This document shows, one piece after another, positions 16,911-26,851 of a DNA stretch of 27,712 nt. Origin of the DNA: an archaeon (GTDB lineage Archaea > EX4484-52 > B79-G9). The position numbers and the translations under genes are program-made. The notes below the pieces were generated by a model. It ran no database searches and was not told where the DNA came from. It saw nothing but the letters and a program-made list of their open reading frames with translations. The stretch lies in the NCBI GenBank assembly GCA_043813875.1, contig JBDRKP010000040.1:1-27712 (forward strand). Reading direction: 5' to 3'. Position 1 is the first letter of the stretch. Each line of letters begins with the position of its first letter.

Positions 16911-19900
16911 AATGCAATATTCAGTTTTATGTCTTCGAATTCGAAGTCGAGCGCCTTTTTTCCTTTCAGGTCGCCGATGTGCAGTTTTGAGGTCGTGCCT
17001 TTTTCTATGTCTTTTTTCCATTTATTCAAGAATTCGTTGTTTCCGGTTATGTAGAGGTCTATCACGTCTGTGACTTCAAGATTCTTTTCTTTTCTTGCTA
17101 TCTGGATCTTTCTTGTGAGTTCGCGTACGGCGCTTTCTTCCAATAGCTCTTTGTCGCGGGTGGTGTCGATGTAGACTGCGCCGCCTGCGAATTTCTCGCC
17201 AGCCACGTTTTCTGGTATCGATTCGCTTATCGTTACCATGTCCGGGGTTATCTTATATTTTCCTAGTGTGGCGGTGCCTTTTTTCAGACTGGCAGCGAGG
17301 GTATCTGGGTTCTCTTTTCTTATGAGGTCTGCTACCTTGTTTGTGTCTTTGCCGAATGCAGGGCCTATTTTCTTGAAGTCGGGGGTGATTTTCAGCTCGA
17401 GTGCGATGTCGCCGAATTTGAGGTCTTTTGTGTTTGTTATCTCTTTGATTATGGATGCTGTTCTTTCTACTGATTCTTTTGTGGCTTTGTCTGCCACGAT
17501 TGTCGCTGATCTTATGGGCCATCTGAGCTTGACGTTCGCGGCTTGTCTTGCGCTGTTGATTGACTCTGTGATGGCTTTTGCGGTCTCCATGTCATCTTCG
17601 AGTTCTTTGTCAATCTCTGATGTGTCGGGTTTCGGGAATTCTTCGAAGTGGATGCTCTCTTTTTTCTTGAAGGAGTCAAGGTATATCTTTTCTGATAAGT
17701 ACGGGATTGATGGCGCAAGAAGCTTTGTGATTATCTCCATGACGTACCATACTGTTCCTGATGCTTCTTTCTGGTCCGGGCCGGTGTAGTTTTTGGATAC
17801 GCGGTGCCTTATGAGCTTGATGTACCATCTTGAGAAGTCGTTTAGTATGAATTCTTCTATGAGGTTTAAGGACTTGTATGCGTGGTATTTTTTGTTGTGG
17901 TCGCGGCATTTTTTTATGAGGGTGTTTGCTTTCGATCTGATCCACTTGTCTTCTTTTGTGAGGAGTTTCTGGTCTGGTGTGCCGGATTTTTGTGTGCAGT
18001 ATGTTTTTGTGAAGTTGTAGGTGTTGCAGTAGATGTTGAAGAAGCGCGCGGTGTCTTTCACTTTTTCCCAGTCGAAGTAGAAGTTGTTTTCGGGGGCGCT
18101 TGACAAGAGGTTGTATCTTAGGATGTCGCGGGTGTATTTTTCTATGACTTCCTCGGGGCCTGTCGCATTGCCGAGGCTTTTTGACATCTTGATGCCTTTT
18201 GCGTCGAGGACGAAGCCGTGCATGAGGATTGTCTCGTAGGGCATCCTGCCGAAGGTTATGACGCTTGTTATCATTTCCGAGTTCCACCAGCCTCTGATCT
18301 GGTCGGGGCCTTCGATGTTGAGTTTCGATGGCCACATCTCTTCGAACAGGGCTTTTTCCTTTGGATAGTTCAGGGATGCCCAGGAGGCTACGCCGGAGTC
18401 GAACCAGACGTCTAGGACGTCGGGGATGCGTCTCATTGTTTTTTTGCATTTTTCGCAGGTGAATGTGATCTTGTCTATGTAGGGTCTGTGGAGGTCTTTT
18501 ATTTCGGCGTTCAGCTCGTCTTTTGAGCCGATGACTTTTACGTTGCCGCATTTTTCGTTTTCGCAGGTCCAGATGGGGAGGGGGATGCCCCAGTAGCGCT
18601 GCCTTGAGATGGGCCAGTCGCTTAAGCTTTCGAGCCAGTCTTTGTTTCTTTTTTTTGCCCAGGCCGGGACCCAGTTGATCTTTTTGTTTTCGTCGAGGAG
18701 TTTTTCTCTTATTGCCGTGACTTTGAAGAACCATTGAGGGACTGCCATCTGGAGGAGGGGGGTTTTGCAGCGCCAGCATTTCGGGTAGTCGTGGGTGATT
18801 GGTTCCTGTGCGAGGAGAGCATCTATATTTTCCAGTTCTTCCAGTATTAGCTTGTCTGCGTCTTTTACGTAGAGGCCGCTGAATTTACCGACCTCGCTTG
18901 TGAATGTGCCGTTGAGGTTGACGGGGCATATTTTTTTGAGGTTGTTTGCTTCGCCTACTTTGAAGTCTTCTTTCCCGTGGCCGGGGGCTGTGTGGACGAG
19001 GCCTGTCCCGTCGTCCAATGTGACGTACTGGTGGGATGTTATCACTATTCCTTCGATGTCTTTCTGGATCGGGAGGATGCTTTTCAATGGGTGGTCGTAG
19101 CGCATGTTCTCTAATTCTTTTCCTTTGACTGTCTTTTTTATGGTGTAGTCGACAGGGTTTATGCGGGCTTTTTTCATGACCGTCAATACTCGCTCTTTTG
19201 CGATTATGAGTGTGTCTTTGCCTGTCTTTACGTAGGCGTATTCGTGTGAGGGGTGGACCATGATGCCTGTGTTTGAGGGGAGGGTCCAGGGGGTTGTTGT
19301 CCAGATGACGAAGTATTGGTTGTCTTTTCCTTTTATTGGGAATTTTACGTAGGCGGATGTGTCTTTTGCTTTTTCGTATTCTATCTCGTTGTAGGCGACG
19401 GCGGTTGCGCAGTGGGAGCATACGTGGACAGGGTATGTGCCTTTGTAGAGGAAGCCTTTTTCAAAGCCCACTTTGAAGGTGTACCATGCGCCTTCGATGT
19501 ATGAGTTGTGGAGTGTGAGGTAGGGGTTGTCCCAGTCCATCCAGACGCCGATGTTCCTGAATTGGGTGTTCATGGTCTCTATGTGCTCTGTTGCGAAGTT
19601 ATGGCATTCAGAATTGAATTTCTCGATGCCGAGCTGTTCGATCTCGTCCTTGTTTTTCAGGTTGAGCTTTTTTTCGACCTTGTTTTCGATTGGCAGGCCG
19701 TGGGTGTCGTAGCCGGGCTGCGCCCAGACGTCGTAGCCCATCATCCTGAAGAAGCGGATGTAGTAGTCTTTGAGTATCTTGTTCCAGGCGGTGCCCATGT
19801 GGATGGAGCCGGTGGCGTAGGGGGGGCCGTCGAGGAAGTAGAAGCGTTCTTTGCCGTTGTTTATTGTGAGTGATCTTGTTGGGATGTTGTTCTTTTTCCA

Positions 19901-19951
19901 GTATTGTGTTATCTCGTCTTCGATGTTTTTCATGTTGTCCATGTGAATCAC
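16907..19951 (-). CDS. ileS: Isoleucine--tRNA ligase (archaeal type)
   Basis: [12 protein letters not shown] (HIGH variant), [29 protein letters not shown]. Confidence 0.98.
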   Translation of the reverse strand: MIHMDNMKNIEDEITQYWKKNNIPTRSLTINNGKERFYFLDGPPYATGSIHMGTAWNKILKDYYIRFFRMMGYDVWAQPGYDTHGLPIENKVEKKLNLKNKDEIEQLGIEKFNSECHNFATEHIETMNTQFRNIGVWMDWDNPYLTLHNSYIEGAWYTFKVGFEKGFLYKGTYPVHVCSHCATAVAYNEIEYEKAKDTSAYVKFPIKGKDNQYFVIWTTTPWTLPSNTGIMVHPSHEYAYVKTGKDTLIIAKERVLTVMKKARINPVDYTIKKTVKGKELENMRYDHPLKSILPIQKDIEGIVITSHQYVTLDDGTGLVHTAPGHGKEDFKVGEANNLKKICPVNLNGTFTSEVGKFSGLYVKDADKLILEELENIDALLAQEPITHDYPKCWRCKTPLLQMAVPQWFFKVTAIREKLLDENKKINWVPAWAKKRNKDWLESLSDWPISRQRYWGIPLPIWTCENEKCGNVKVIGSKDELNAEIKDLHRPYIDKITFTCEKCKKTMRRIPDVLDVWFDSGVASWASLNYPKEKALFEEMWPSKLNIEGPDQIRGWWNSEMITSVITFGRMPYETILMHGFVLDAKGIKMSKSLGNATGPEEVIEKYTRDILRYNLLSSAPENNFYFDWEKVKDTARFFNIYCNTYNFTKTYCTQKSGTPDQKLLTKEDKWIRSKANTLIKKCRDHNKKYHAYKSLNLIEEFILNDFSRWYIKLIRHRVSKNYTGPDQKEASGTVWYVMEIITKLLAPSIPYLSEKIYLDSFKKKESIHFEEFPKPDTSEIDKELEDDMETAKAITESINSARQAANVKLRWPIRSATIVADKATKESVERTASIIKEITNTKDLKFGDIALELKITPDFKKIGPAFGKDTNKVADLIRKENPDTLAASLKKGTATLGKYKITPDMVTISESIPENVAGEKFAGGAVYIDTTRDKELLEESAVRELTRKIQIARKEKNLEVTDVIDLYITGNNEFLNKWKKDIEKGTTSKLHIGDLKGKKALDFEFEDIKLNIAF

Positions 19952-20109
19952 GTGAGTTGGTTTTTTGATTGTCTTATTGGCATGTTTTTTGCCGGTTATT
20001 TTTGTATCATTGTTTTTTTGGTTGTTTTTATTTGTTATGTCGGTTAACTTTTAAAATGTTCGCCGTATGTTATGTATTTTTTATTGTACATAAAGTATAC
20101 AGAGTCAAT

Positions 20110-20160
20110 AAAAATCGTCTCGCTTTGCTCGAAGCTTTTAATCTTTGCTTAAAAAGCTTG
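20110..20160. repeat. REP-like element related to the 3011-3136 cluster
   Basis: aaaatcgtctcgctttgctcgaagctttt...aaaagcttg resembles aaaatcatctcattcgcttcgcttattcgaagcttt. Confidence 0.6.
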
Positions 20161-20378
20161 AAATCCCCCAATCATACCGAAATTTCATGATTTTTTATGT
20201 GGATGGATGTTTCCGCTGATTTTTTTTGTATTATGGATATCCATACAAATATCACTTTTGTGATGGCTGGGTTCACATGTTGTCGTTTATGGATTAACTT
20301 TATATACTTGATTGTGTAATAAATCTGTTCTGCAAATTTTAATTATCAAAATCAAGATTAAAAGGGAAGTGGAGATTT

Positions 20379-20531
20379 ATGGAAACAGAGAATGTATACG
20401 ATAAAGCGCAGCATATTGTGAATGAGTTTGAGAGGAAATATCCTGCTATCGCTATGAGGCTGAATAAGGATCAGCTTCTGACTGCTGCTCTTATGTCGGC
20501 GTTTACGAAGACTGCGGAAAATCAGTCATGA
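20379..20531 (+). CDS. 50-aa hypothetical small protein (not in ORF track)
   Basis: METENVYDKAQHIVNEFERKYPAIAMRLNKDQLLTAALMSAFTKTAENQS*; GGAG Shine-Dalgarno, tttata box near 20299. Confidence 0.6.
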   Translation: METENVYDKAQHIVNEFERKYPAIAMRLNKDQLLTAALMSAFTKTAENQS

Positions 20532-20566
20532 ACGTTAATCCGGGAAGAAAATTGTTTTTGTTTCTT

Positions 20567-22141
20567 TTATTTTTCTTTTTTCCTGAAATCCTTCAGCATG
20601 CTGATGTGGTTTATGGCTTTGAGCATGGCCAGTGTCGCCGCGATGTCCTGGTCTGTGTGGATGCCTCTTGTCTTGAGACTTTCGCTTCCGTATTCCCATT
20701 CTATGGCTGTGTCTACGAGCGATGATGTCCCGTCACCTGGCGGGATTGTCACATGGTAGTCTTTCAGCCTGAGTTCTGATCCGGTGATCTTTTTTATGGA
20801 TTTTGCTATGGCGTCGAAGCCGCCGTCGCCGTGTGATGTTTCGGTGTATGTGCTGCTGTTTGTTTTTAGTGTTACTTCTGCTTCTGCGTGGGATGTTTTT
20901 TCTGTGTATGTCTTTTTTAAGCGGATTGTTTTTAGGCTGTAGCCTTTCTCGTCTTTTTTTGTTTTCTGCAGGTACAGCAGAAGGAGGTCGTTTGTGGTTA
21001 TTATGTTCTTGTTTTCTGAGAGTGTCTTTATGTCTTCTACTAGCTGGGTTACGGTTGATGGGTCCGGATTTTTTATGCCTATCTTTTCGAGTTCGCCAGA
21101 GACGGATGCTTTGCCGGACAGCTTGCCGAGGTCGTATGAGACGATCTTGTTGAACCTGTTTTTTTCGAGGAGGGGGTTTGTGTAGAGGCCGATTCCAGCG
21201 CCGTGGGTGTGGACGCCTGCTTTGTGGATGTGGCTGTTTTTGCCGATTACAGGGTGGTTGGGCTCTATTTTCGTGCCTGAGAGCGCTTTTGTCAGCTTGC
21301 TTAGTTGTATGAGCTTGTCTTCGTCTATGGTGTCTATTGAATAGAAGTCTTTTAAGCATACTGCGACGGTCTCTAGTGAGGCGTTGCCTGCGCGTTCGCC
21401 AAGGCCGTTCACTGTGACGTGGGCGCCTGTGCATCCGCATCTTATTGCTGCCAGGGTGTTTGCTGTGGCGAGGCCGTAGTCGTTGTGGGCGTGGATGTCG
21501 AATGAGGTTTTTGGGTATCTTTTTGCCAGTTCTGTCACATATTGTCCTGTCTTTTCGGGGTTGAGGATGCCCATTGTGTCTGCGAGCATGATTCGATTTA
21601 TTTTTGCTTTGTTGAGGCTGTCTATGAGTTCATAGATGTATTCTTTTGAGTGCTGCATGCCGTATGAGAAGTGCTCGAGGTAGGCGTTGACTTTCAGGCC
21701 GTTCTTTTTTGCGTAGTCTGATATATCAAGGATGTCTCTGATGTGTGATCCGGGTGTCTTTCCTTTTAGCTGGGTTAGGTGGGATGTCGATGCTTTTGTG
21801 AGCAGGTTTGCTGTCGTAGCGCCGGATTCTACTATCCAGTCGATGTGGGATTTGAGGATGAATGAGAGGCATTCTACCGGGTTTCTGTAGCCTGCGTCTT
21901 TGAATGCTTTTGTTGTGTTTTTTATTGCCAACATGTCCTGGCTGGATGCGTGGGCGCTTGCCATCTCGATCCTGTTGATACCTGATTCGTATAGGGCGAA
22001 TGCAAGGGATTCTTTTTCTTTGGGGTTGAATGATACTCCTGCTGTCTGCTCGCCGTCGCGGAGCGTGGAGTCCATGAGCTCTATGTTCTTTTTTGTTTTG
22101 TGTTCTTTTGGTTTTTGTTTGTCTTTCCTGTTATCGGGCAA
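20567..22141 (-). CDS. cimA: DRE-TIM metallolyase, (R)-citramalate synthase-like (Leptospira/Bacteroidetes type) with LeuA-type regulatory domain
   Basis: MDSTLRDGEQTAGVSF, RIEMASA, NLLTKAS, HAHNDYG, NGLGERAGN, LGKLSGKAS, IPPG...KTRG..TDQ; probable TTG start 22141 with AGGTGG Shine-Dalgarno (track uses GTG 22153). Confidence 0.75.
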   Translation of the reverse strand: MPDNRKDKQKPKEHKTKKNIELMDSTLRDGEQTAGVSFNPKEKESLAFALYESGINRIEMASAHASSQDMLAIKNTTKAFKDAGYRNPVECLSFILKSHIDWIVESGATTANLLTKASTSHLTQLKGKTPGSHIRDILDISDYAKKNGLKVNAYLEHFSYGMQHSKEYIYELIDSLNKAKINRIMLADTMGILNPEKTGQYVTELAKRYPKTSFDIHAHNDYGLATANTLAAIRCGCTGAHVTVNGLGERAGNASLETVAVCLKDFYSIDTIDEDKLIQLSKLTKALSGTKIEPNHPVIGKNSHIHKAGVHTHGAGIGLYTNPLLEKNRFNKIVSYDLGKLSGKASVSGELEKIGIKNPDPSTVTQLVEDIKTLSENKNIITTNDLLLLYLQKTKKDEKGYSLKTIRLKKTYTEKTSHAEAEVTLKTNSSTYTETSHGDGGFDAIAKSIKKITGSELRLKDYHVTIPPGDGTSSLVDTAIEWEYGSESLKTRGIHTDQDIAATLAMLKAINHISMLKDFRKKEK

Positions 22142-22181
22142 TAAAGCAGCCACCTGTTTTTGTTGTCTGATCTCTTTTCAT
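22131..22181 (-). CDS. 16-aa uORF overlapping the cimA start
   Basis: GAGGTG-N7-ATG; MKRDQTTKTGGCFIAR*; the stop lies 8-10 nt inside cimA, in another frame. Confidence 0.35.
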   Translation of the reverse strand: MKRDQTTKTGGCFIAR

Positions 22182-22249
22182 ATTTTCGCACCTCGCAGTA
22201 ATTGTTTTTTTTCGACCCACCGGAAGAAGAATGTAATCGCGGGTCTTCT

Positions 22250-22339
22250 TTATTTGATAATAATGCCTGTTGTTTTGATGGCAATGGGATTAATAGAATC
22301 AGCTGTTGCTGTTGATCTGGTGTTTTGCGTTTTTTGCAT
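22250..22339 (-). CDS. Putative Ile/Thr-rich leader peptide
   Basis: MQKTQNTRSTATADSINPIAIKTTGIIIK* (6 Ile, 6 Thr of 29 aa); AGGT upstream; alternative in-frame ATG at 22375. Confidence 0.55.
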   Translation of the reverse strand: MQKTQNTRSTATADSINPIAIKTTGIIIK

Positions 22340-22466
22340 AATGGTTACCTGTCTGTTTTTATTTTTGCGGGTCATGTTTATATAGTTTTGTGAGGTTTTG
22401 GGATTAATCGCCGATAATATTTTTTTGGAAAAAGAAAAAAAGAAGAAGGAAAGAAAAAGTGTGAGC

Positions 22467-22772
22467 TTATTTCTTTGTGACTTTTTGTTCGCCTAGCATT
22501 TTTTTTGCTATCATGAAGATTACGAAGGCTATTATCACGAAGTTTATGAGTTCGCCTAAGAATGCGCCTGTGCCGAATCTGAATGGTCCTATTGCCCATA
22601 CTGCTTCTTTCCATGCCCCGCCAGGCAACAGAGGCGCTATCAGCGGCATGATTATGTTGTCCACAAGCGATTTTACAAGAGTTGTCGCCGCAGCGCCGAT
22701 TATGAAGGCTATCGCCAAGCCAATCACTTTGTAATCGTTCAAGAAGTCCATGAATTCCTGCATGATTCCCAT
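22467..22772 (-). CDS. mscL: Large-conductance mechanosensitive channel family protein
   Basis: EFMDFL..YKVIGLAIAFIIG, LVKSLVDNIIMP, GAFLGELINFVII. Confidence 0.9.
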   Translation of the reverse strand: MGIMQEFMDFLNDYKVIGLAIAFIIGAAATTLVKSLVDNIIMPLIAPLLPGGAWKEAVWAIGPFRFGTGAFLGELINFVIIAFVIFMIAKKMLGEQKVTKK

Positions 22773-22878
22773 ACTAAACCACCCCTAGTTTGTCTGGAAA
22801 TATCTGCCCTTGAGTATATTATATATTCACAGATATATATGTCTTTGTGATTATCACGGTGTTATGTCTGTTTTTTTT

Positions 22879-23261
22879 CTATATCTTTGAGCTGTGGACG
22901 TCTGTGACTGAGACGAGTATCAAGAGGGCGCCAAGCATATGGATTATGTTACGAGAAAGCCGTAGTTTATGGATGTGGAGTATTTGAGGCCGTAGAACAT
23001 GGCTATCGTTCCCAGGTTGCTGCCTAGTATCCCTACTGCGGCGAGGCGGGGAATGGCTGCCTTTTTTAGTGCCGTGAGTTCATGAGGTTTTGTGAGCAGC
23101 AGGTATGTGAAAGATATGAGTGTTGCGCCGAATAATGTCTGGTATGCGAAGGCTAATGGATTTATGCCTATATTGAGTGCGTATTTGTTGATGATTATCT
23201 GGAGCGACCAGACGAGTGAGAAGAGTATGACGTAGAGTAAGCGCCTTTTATTTATGTCCAT
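22879..23261 (-). pseudogene. EamA/DMT transporter with large internal deletion
   Basis: MDINKRR...YGLKYSTSINYGFLVT*, followed out of frame by the terminal helix IHMLGALLILVSV...KI*. Confidence 0.7.
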
Positions 23262-23299
23262 GAAATATTTCTTGCGCTTTTGTTTATATTTGTTGGTTT

Positions 23300-23857
23300 T
23301 TAGTTTTCTATGTTGTCGTCCATTATGTCTTCGGCGTCTTTGAATTTCCATTCGTGTTCTTCTTCGCTTCCTTTTTCTTTTTTTGGAGCAACTTTTGCCT
23401 CTTTTTGCGGCTGTGATGTGGTTATTGCCGGTAGGAGGCTGCCGCGCGTGAGAAGGCTCATGGTCTTGTCGAGATCATTTTTCAGGGGCTCTTGTACCTG
23501 GAATGCGGCTTCGAATCCGGACTTGTGCTTGTCTGTGTCGTATCTTGGGATGATGTGGATGTGGAAGTGAGGCACTGCCTGGCCTGCTGGTTCGCTGTTG
23601 TTCGATCCTATGTTGTAGCCTTTTGCAGCGAGGCGTTCGGTTATAGTCTTTGCGATGTACTGGACTATCTGGAAGATGGATCCTGCGTCTTCTTTTGATA
23701 GGTCGCTTAATGTGGCTGCGTGCTTTTTCGGGATCACGAGGGCGTGGCCTTTCGCCCTGGGGTTGACGTCGAGGAATGCCATGAATCTCGGGTCGTCGTA
23801 TATCTTTTTTGAGGGTATTTCGCCTGATACTATCTTACAGAATATGCAGTCTGTCAT
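23300..23857 (-). CDS. HIT family nucleotide hydrolase with C-terminal extension
   Basis: DCIFCKI, GHALVIPK.H, GQAVPHFHIHIIPR. Confidence 0.93.
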   Translation of the reverse strand: MTDCIFCKIVSGEIPSKKIYDDPRFMAFLDVNPRAKGHALVIPKKHAATLSDLSKEDAGSIFQIVQYIAKTITERLAAKGYNIGSNNSEPAGQAVPHFHIHIIPRYDTDKHKSGFEAAFQVQEPLKNDLDKTMSLLTRGSLLPAITTSQPQKEAKVAPKKEKGSEEEHEWKFKDAEDIMDDNIEN

Positions 23858-24657
23858 CTTTGGTCACCATTCTCGTGGTTGTTGTGGTTATTCAGCTTGT
23901 ATATTTTTATTATTTTCTTCTCTTTGCCGTCTTTTACTCTTGCTGTCACGGATACGTATCTTTCAAGGCCGCTTGCTTCTATTTTCTTTTTCAAGAGGTA
24001 ATCGACCTGGAAGATGCCGGCGGAGTTGGTCATGATTATCTCTATCTCGATGGGGCTTTCTTTTGAATAGGAGAGGTTGACGTTTTCGATTGACATCGCC
24101 GAGACTGAGTGGATGTCTATCTTGCCGAGGTCGAAGGGGATTCTTGCGCGGCCTTCTTCCATGTCTAGGCCGTCTGCTATCATCACGAGCCCGCCTTCTG
24201 TGGTGTGGGTTTTTGCGTTGGTGTCATGGCAGAGCATGGCGTGGAGGATTTCTGTCATTATTATTGTGCGCTCTCTTTCGGGGTAGATGTCTTTTAGGAG
24301 GTCCTCGATTATCGGCGGCGCGAGGGCTATTCCCATGCGCTCGTGGTCTTCGCGGCTTATTGCGTTCCCGATGTCGTGGAGGGCTGATGCGAGGAAGACA
24401 ATGACTTCTGCGTCGTCGTATTCGAGGTTATGGTCTTTTACTGAGTCGGGTGTTATTCCTGATTTTTTCAGGTTCCTTAGGAGCTTCAATGCTATGTTTG
24501 AGACTATGGCTACATGGACTTTCCCGTGGTCGGTCATCTTCAGGCGTTTTACTGCCATGGTGTTTGATGATTCCCAGAGGGTGTTCAGCTTTATGTTCTT
24601 GTTCACTTTGTAGAGGACTTGTTCGAGTTTTTTGTTGCCGTTTGACGGGATGTTCAT
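23854..24657 (-). CDS. HD-domain phosphohydrolase (archaeal family)
   Basis: DHGKVH, LHDIGN...H, ADGLDM..GRAR, IHSVSA, AGIFQV; ATGA overlap with HIT. Confidence 0.88.
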   Translation of the reverse strand: MNIPSNGNKKLEQVLYKVNKNIKLNTLWESSNTMAVKRLKMTDHGKVHVAIVSNIALKLLRNLKKSGITPDSVKDHNLEYDDAEVIVFLASALHDIGNAISREDHERMGIALAPPIIEDLLKDIYPERERTIIMTEILHAMLCHDTNAKTHTTEGGLVMIADGLDMEEGRARIPFDLGKIDIHSVSAMSIENVNLSYSKESPIEIEIIMTNSAGIFQVDYLLKKKIEASGLERYVSVTARVKDGKEKKIIKIYKLNNHNNHENGDQR

Positions 24658-24772
24658 GATATCGCCTGTTTTGTGAATAGGTTATTTCTGTTCTTCAAGG
24701 TTTTTATATTGATATAGTCAACCGCATTACTTTCGATGACATCATATCTTTAAAAATCAACTGCGGGTGAGT

Positions 24773-24857
24773 ATTTTGAACGTCAGTTCAAAAGCTTGGA
24801 ACCCTATGGTTCCATGATGTGGGAATTCAACCCATGTGCCAAATGCCTGTTGAATTC
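24773..24857. repeat. REP-like unit (reverse orientation) plus adjacent hairpins
   Basis: attttgaacgtcagttcaaaagcttg is the reverse complement of CAAGCTTTT-hairpin-AAAAT; tggaacc-ctat-ggttcca; gaattcaac/gttgaattc. Confidence 0.6.
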
Positions 24858-24924
24858 ACTATATCTGGTGTTTGGAGATTGTTTGCTGATTAAATATATA
24901 TAGTGGTTTATTCATATTGTTTTT

Positions 24925-26070
24925 ATGGTTCATACTTATGAGGATCTGCATAAGCTTTCTAACCTGTGCGGGAAGATGCAGGATCTTTATTCGAATCTGG
25001 CTCTGAGGATTTTTGCGTTTTCGATTCTTTCTGTGTTTCTTCCTATCTATTTTTTGAGTATCGGCATGAGCATTGAGTATATAATTGTGTTTTTTTTGTT
25101 GCTGTTTATGTCTGTCGCGGTTTTTTCGCCTGTGGCTCTTGTTGTTGCGCAAAGGGTGGGGCTTAAGAATACTGTCATCATTTCGCTGCCGTTCAGTATC
25201 ATTTTTTTTGCGTTGATATATAAGATGGGCGAGGGGTTTGTAATTCCTGCTTATGTCATCGCGTTTTTCGGGGGGATAGGTGAGGCCTTTTATTTTACTG
25301 CGATTAATCTTGATTTTGCGCTCAATACGAAGAAGGAGCACAGGGGGTATAATATCGGGGCGCTTGATTCTTTTTTTAAGTCTTCTGCGGTGTTCGGGCC
25401 GGTTTTTGGGGCGCTGGTCATTGCCAATTACGGGTTTGAGCTTGTGTTCGGGTTTGCTATACTTCTTTTGATGCTTTCGCTGATCCCTGCTTTGCAGGTG
25501 AAGGTTTACCGGGAGAGTTTCAGGTATCGGATGAACAGGATTTTTAACAGGGGGAATGTGCGTTATCTTTTTGTGTTTTTCGCGTACGGAGTCGTTTCGG
25601 CTGCGGAGTGGTTCTTGTGGCCTTTGTTTGTGTTTTTTGCGCTGAGTGACGTGATGGGGGTTGCGCTTGCGGTTGCGCTTGTGGCTGTGGGGACAGGGAT
25701 TTTTGTCGGGCTGTTTAGGTTTGTGTCTTCTAATTGCACTGTGCCGGCTTTTTTGAAGGTGGGGGCGATTGTCTATGCGGTGACGTGGGTGCTTCGGGCG
25801 AACAGTTCTTTTCCTGTCGATATATATGCTTTGTCGTTTCTTGCCGGGCTCGTGATCGTGCTTGTGCATATCCCGTTTTTTGCTGATACTATCGAGAGGG
25901 CGAAGGAGGTCGGGGTTGCTGAGTTCATCGTGTTCAGGGAGGTCGCTGTGTGCATGGGGAGGATTGCGTTTTTTGGGGTCATGCTTGTTGCTATCGTATA
26001 TGGGTATCCGTGGTATGTTGCCGGGTTTTTTGCTGCTACTGCTGCGAGTCTTTTGTTTCTGGGCGCGTGA
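24925..26070 (+). CDS. MFS transporter
   Basis: About 12 hydrophobic segments, RVGLK loop, RGYNIG...FGPVFGALV. Confidence 0.85.
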   Translation: MVHTYEDLHKLSNLCGKMQDLYSNLALRIFAFSILSVFLPIYFLSIGMSIEYIIVFFLLLFMSVAVFSPVALVVAQRVGLKNTVIISLPFSIIFFALIYKMGEGFVIPAYVIAFFGGIGEAFYFTAINLDFALNTKKEHRGYNIGALDSFFKSSAVFGPVFGALVIANYGFELVFGFAILLLMLSLIPALQVKVYRESFRYRMNRIFNRGNVRYLFVFFAYGVVSAAEWFLWPLFVFFALSDVMGVALAVALVAVGTGIFVGLFRFVSSNCTVPAFLKVGAIVYAVTWVLRANSSFPVDIYALSFLAGLVIVLVHIPFFADTIERAKEVGVAEFIVFREVAVCMGRIAFFGVMLVAIVYGYPWYVAGFFAATAASLLFLGA

Positions 26071-26086
26071 GGATGGATTTTGGATG

Positions 26087-26851
26087 CTATGCCTGTTTTA
26101 GTTTGCCTGTTATGGTGTCTTTTGTATCTTTGAGGTCGGGGACGCGGGTTATTAGCGGCTTTAGCTCGTTTTGCCATGCGATCTCTTTTATGTCCAGACG
26201 CTTTATGAATTGATCTTTGTCCCATTTTTCTTTGTAGTATTTTAGTTTTTCTTTTATTAGGGTGGTGTCTATTTCTGTGCCTAGTTCCAGCAGGAACCAG
26301 AGGTCGTAGATGTCTCTTGCCTTGCTTCGGGTCATTATGGCCCTGATTTTTTCTGACAGGATCTCTTTTTTTTGCATTGTGATTAGTGTGAATGATGGTA
26401 TGTCCGGATAAGATGAGATGTATTTTTTGATTTTTGGTTCGAGGTTTACTTCTGATTTGTGATTTATGTCTATCCGTATGCATGAGTATGACTGGGGTGT
26501 GCCGGTGTATAATGGCCCTTTTGTCCTTATTGTTATCATTGTGGAGTTCCTGACTATTTTTTTGGCTTTCATCTGTGCTTCAATGCCGAAGGAACTGAAG
26601 TCTCGTATGATTTTTTTTGCGAGGTTTTCTATGTCAATGTCTTTTTTGAGTGTGAAGTCGATGTCTTCACTGAAGCGGTCCAGTTTGTGGAATTTGGAGA
26701 GGCATGTTCCGCCTTTGAAGATGAGTTCGTCTTTTGTGTTTCTTGAGATTGACAGGAGCGCTATGTCTAAGAGATAGTCTTTTTCTGCGTTTCCGAGGGT
26801 GTTTATTCCTTTCAGACGCGCTATTTTTTTGATTTCGTCAATCGATATCAT
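26087..26851 (-). CDS. abiEii: AbiEii-family nucleotidyltransferase toxin (type IV TA)
   Basis: EKDY, FKGGT, RFSEDIDF, EKIRA..TR.KARDIYD. Confidence 0.92.
   Translation of the reverse strand: MISIDEIKKIARLKGINTLGNAEKDYLLDIALLSISRNTKDELIFKGGTCLSKFHKLDRFSEDIDFTLKKDIDIENLAKKIIRDFSSFGIEAQMKAKKIVRNSTMITIRTKGPLYTGTPQSYSCIRIDINHKSEVNLEPKIKKYISSYPDIPSFTLITMQKKEILSEKIRAIMTRSKARDIYDLWFLLELGTEIDTTLIKEKLKYYKEKWDKDQFIKRLDIKEIAWQNELKPLITRVPDLKDTKDTITGKLKQA

Noticed and set aside
17676..18779. 367-aa Arg/Lys-rich ORF (also 18885-19421, 20733-21440, 24859-25869, 7499-8464, 9633-10577)
   Set aside because: Alternative-frame or antisense shadows of well-supported genes, favoured by the compositional skew
19952..20378. 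T-box or other leader upstream of ileS
   Set aside because: No T-box consensus or convincing specifier stem visible
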